From contig OZ024741.1 of NCBI GenBank assembly GCA_964016885.1, positions 316,138,001 through 316,202,000 of the forward strand: DNA of 64,000 nucleotides. Reading direction: 5' to 3'. This document shows positions 62,683-64,000 of this stretch, in pieces. How positions within the stretch are numbered: the first letter of the stretch is position 1; each line of letters begins with the position of its first letter. The notes beneath the pieces are model-generated. The model saw nothing but the letters and a program-made list of their open reading frames with translations, searched no databases and was not told where the DNA came from. Position numbers and translations under genes: made by a program. This stretch comes from Eledone cirrhosa. Its lineage: Eukaryota.

Positions 62683-62737
62683 CCATTACGAGCTGAGGAT
62701 CCGCTACGCCTTGGTGAAACAATTTTTCTCGGTATGG
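62683..62737 (+). ncRNA. Type I hammerhead-like motif
   Basis: ccattacgag-CTGAGGA-TCC..GGT-GAAA-CAATTTTT-ctcggtatgg; stem I CGAG/CTCG plus CCAT/ATGG. Confidence 0.6.
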
Positions 62738-62763
62738 TGAACTAACCGTTGTGTAACCACTTC

Positions 62764-62827
<64 letters not shown>

Positions 62828-62853
62828 TGTGTGTATATATGTATATATACATA

Positions 62854-62915
<62 letters not shown>

Positions 62916-62929
62916 CGTGTGTGTGTGTA
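62764..62929. repeat. (GATA)n(TG)n microsatellite without a Tx1 insertion
   Basis: Direct reading. Confidence 0.95.
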
Positions 62930-63440
62930 TTAAAACACCTAGAGAAGGCCGGACTGGAAAATGTTGATGAATACTTTCCTCCCTTCCTGCACCAACCACT
63001 GGATACAACATCTACGATGGATGATTTGTATAACTTTGAATCCTTTAATTAATTTATTGCATCATCGTTTACCAACCCGAAGCACCGGTTCTACCTATTG
63101 GTAAACAACTTAACACAAATTATATATTTATATATATAGAGAGAGAGAGGGGGGAGAGGGGATGAAAGAGAAAAACGTGTACTATATTAACCATTCACTT
63201 ACCTGCTTTCTGTCTCATCTCTGAAGAACATTCTCTTTCTCGTTCCCATTCTACCCCACCGACTCATACACTGATGCACACATACCAACAGACACACACA
63301 CACGGGGTGTTGTTACTGTTGCTAAGGATCCAGCTCAGGAGATTCAGCGTGATACAGTGTATGAGAAGTCTTTACCCTTTGTATTACAGATAGAATTCAT
63401 GTTTTGTAGCTGAATGAACTGAAGCAATGTGAAATATAAT

Positions 63441-63571
63441 TGTTTCTACTTTTGGCACAAGGCCAGCAATTATCCCAGTGTATTACTGGTACTTTATTTT
63501 ATCGACCCCGTAAGGATGAAAAGTAAAGTTAACCTCGGCGGGATTTGAACTCAGACCATAAAGGGCCGTAA
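63441..63571 (-). mobile_element. 5'-truncated SINE with a 15-bp target-site duplication, nested in an older SINE-like sequence
   Basis: aatgtgaaatataat at 63426-63440 and 63572-63586. Confidence 0.88.
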
Positions 63572-64000
63572 AATGTGAAATATAATGTCTTTTTTCAGGG
63601 ACACAACGCACCTCAGTGAATCGAATTCAATATCTTACGATTGTGAGTCCAATACTGATCCGCCTTCACACCCGGTTTGTAATTTAGACATTACAATTCA
63701 TTATTGTCCAGCATATTAAAGGGTTTTATGATGTTAAATTTTTCATCAAGACAGAGCAGGATTTTTTTCAGTTAGATAACGTGTTCTTAAGCAAATCTCT
63801 TCACTCCACATTGCTGCAATCGAATTAGCTGATGAGCTTCCGGGTTTGGAACATATTGCAACTCTTTTACGGCGTTCTTGGTCCCCAGACTTCCTCCCTA
63901 CCCATTACAACCGAGCAGATTTGGCCACCCACAGGAGCGAGCCCCACGAGTTGGAATTCTTATTCCAATGCATCTCATTCGCGATGCTCCGGGGAAACGT

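Noticed and set aside
63195-63206. Isolated strong minus-strand donors (also about 33461 and 60288) as host exons
   Set aside because: No acceptor or coding frame can be assigned; they may belong to TE sequence

Overview
Eukaryotic, repeat-dense DNA with no host gene I can support. The tRNA-derived SINE resembles the octopod (Octopus-type) SINEs, so the host is probably a cephalopod (inference). Bases 1-22.9 kb hold six head-to-tail, minus-strand Tx1-like (L1-group, APE-RT-CCHC) non-LTR retrotransposons of two sister families. Family A sits in (GATA/TATC)n and includes one copy with both ORFs intact (8910-14691); family B sits in (AAT/TTA)n. The two families share a covarying 3'-UTR stem-loop and GTAAG splice-donor motifs near the 5' end and at the ORF1/ORF2 junction. 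Bases 23-29 kb hold remnants of Helitron-like, RTE and Gypsy elements plus a composite minisatellite. Bases 29-63 kb are dominated by Penelope-like elements (PLEs; RT + GIY-YIG) and orphan pseudo-LTRs between (TA)n tracts. By eye these carry about 15 type I hammerhead-ribozyme motifs, two with very long stem II inserts, and recurrent 5' fold-back inversions. An R4/Dong-like RLE fragment lies between (CATA)n tracts, and there are about 9 copies of one SINE. All calls are by eye; no searches or folding programs were run.
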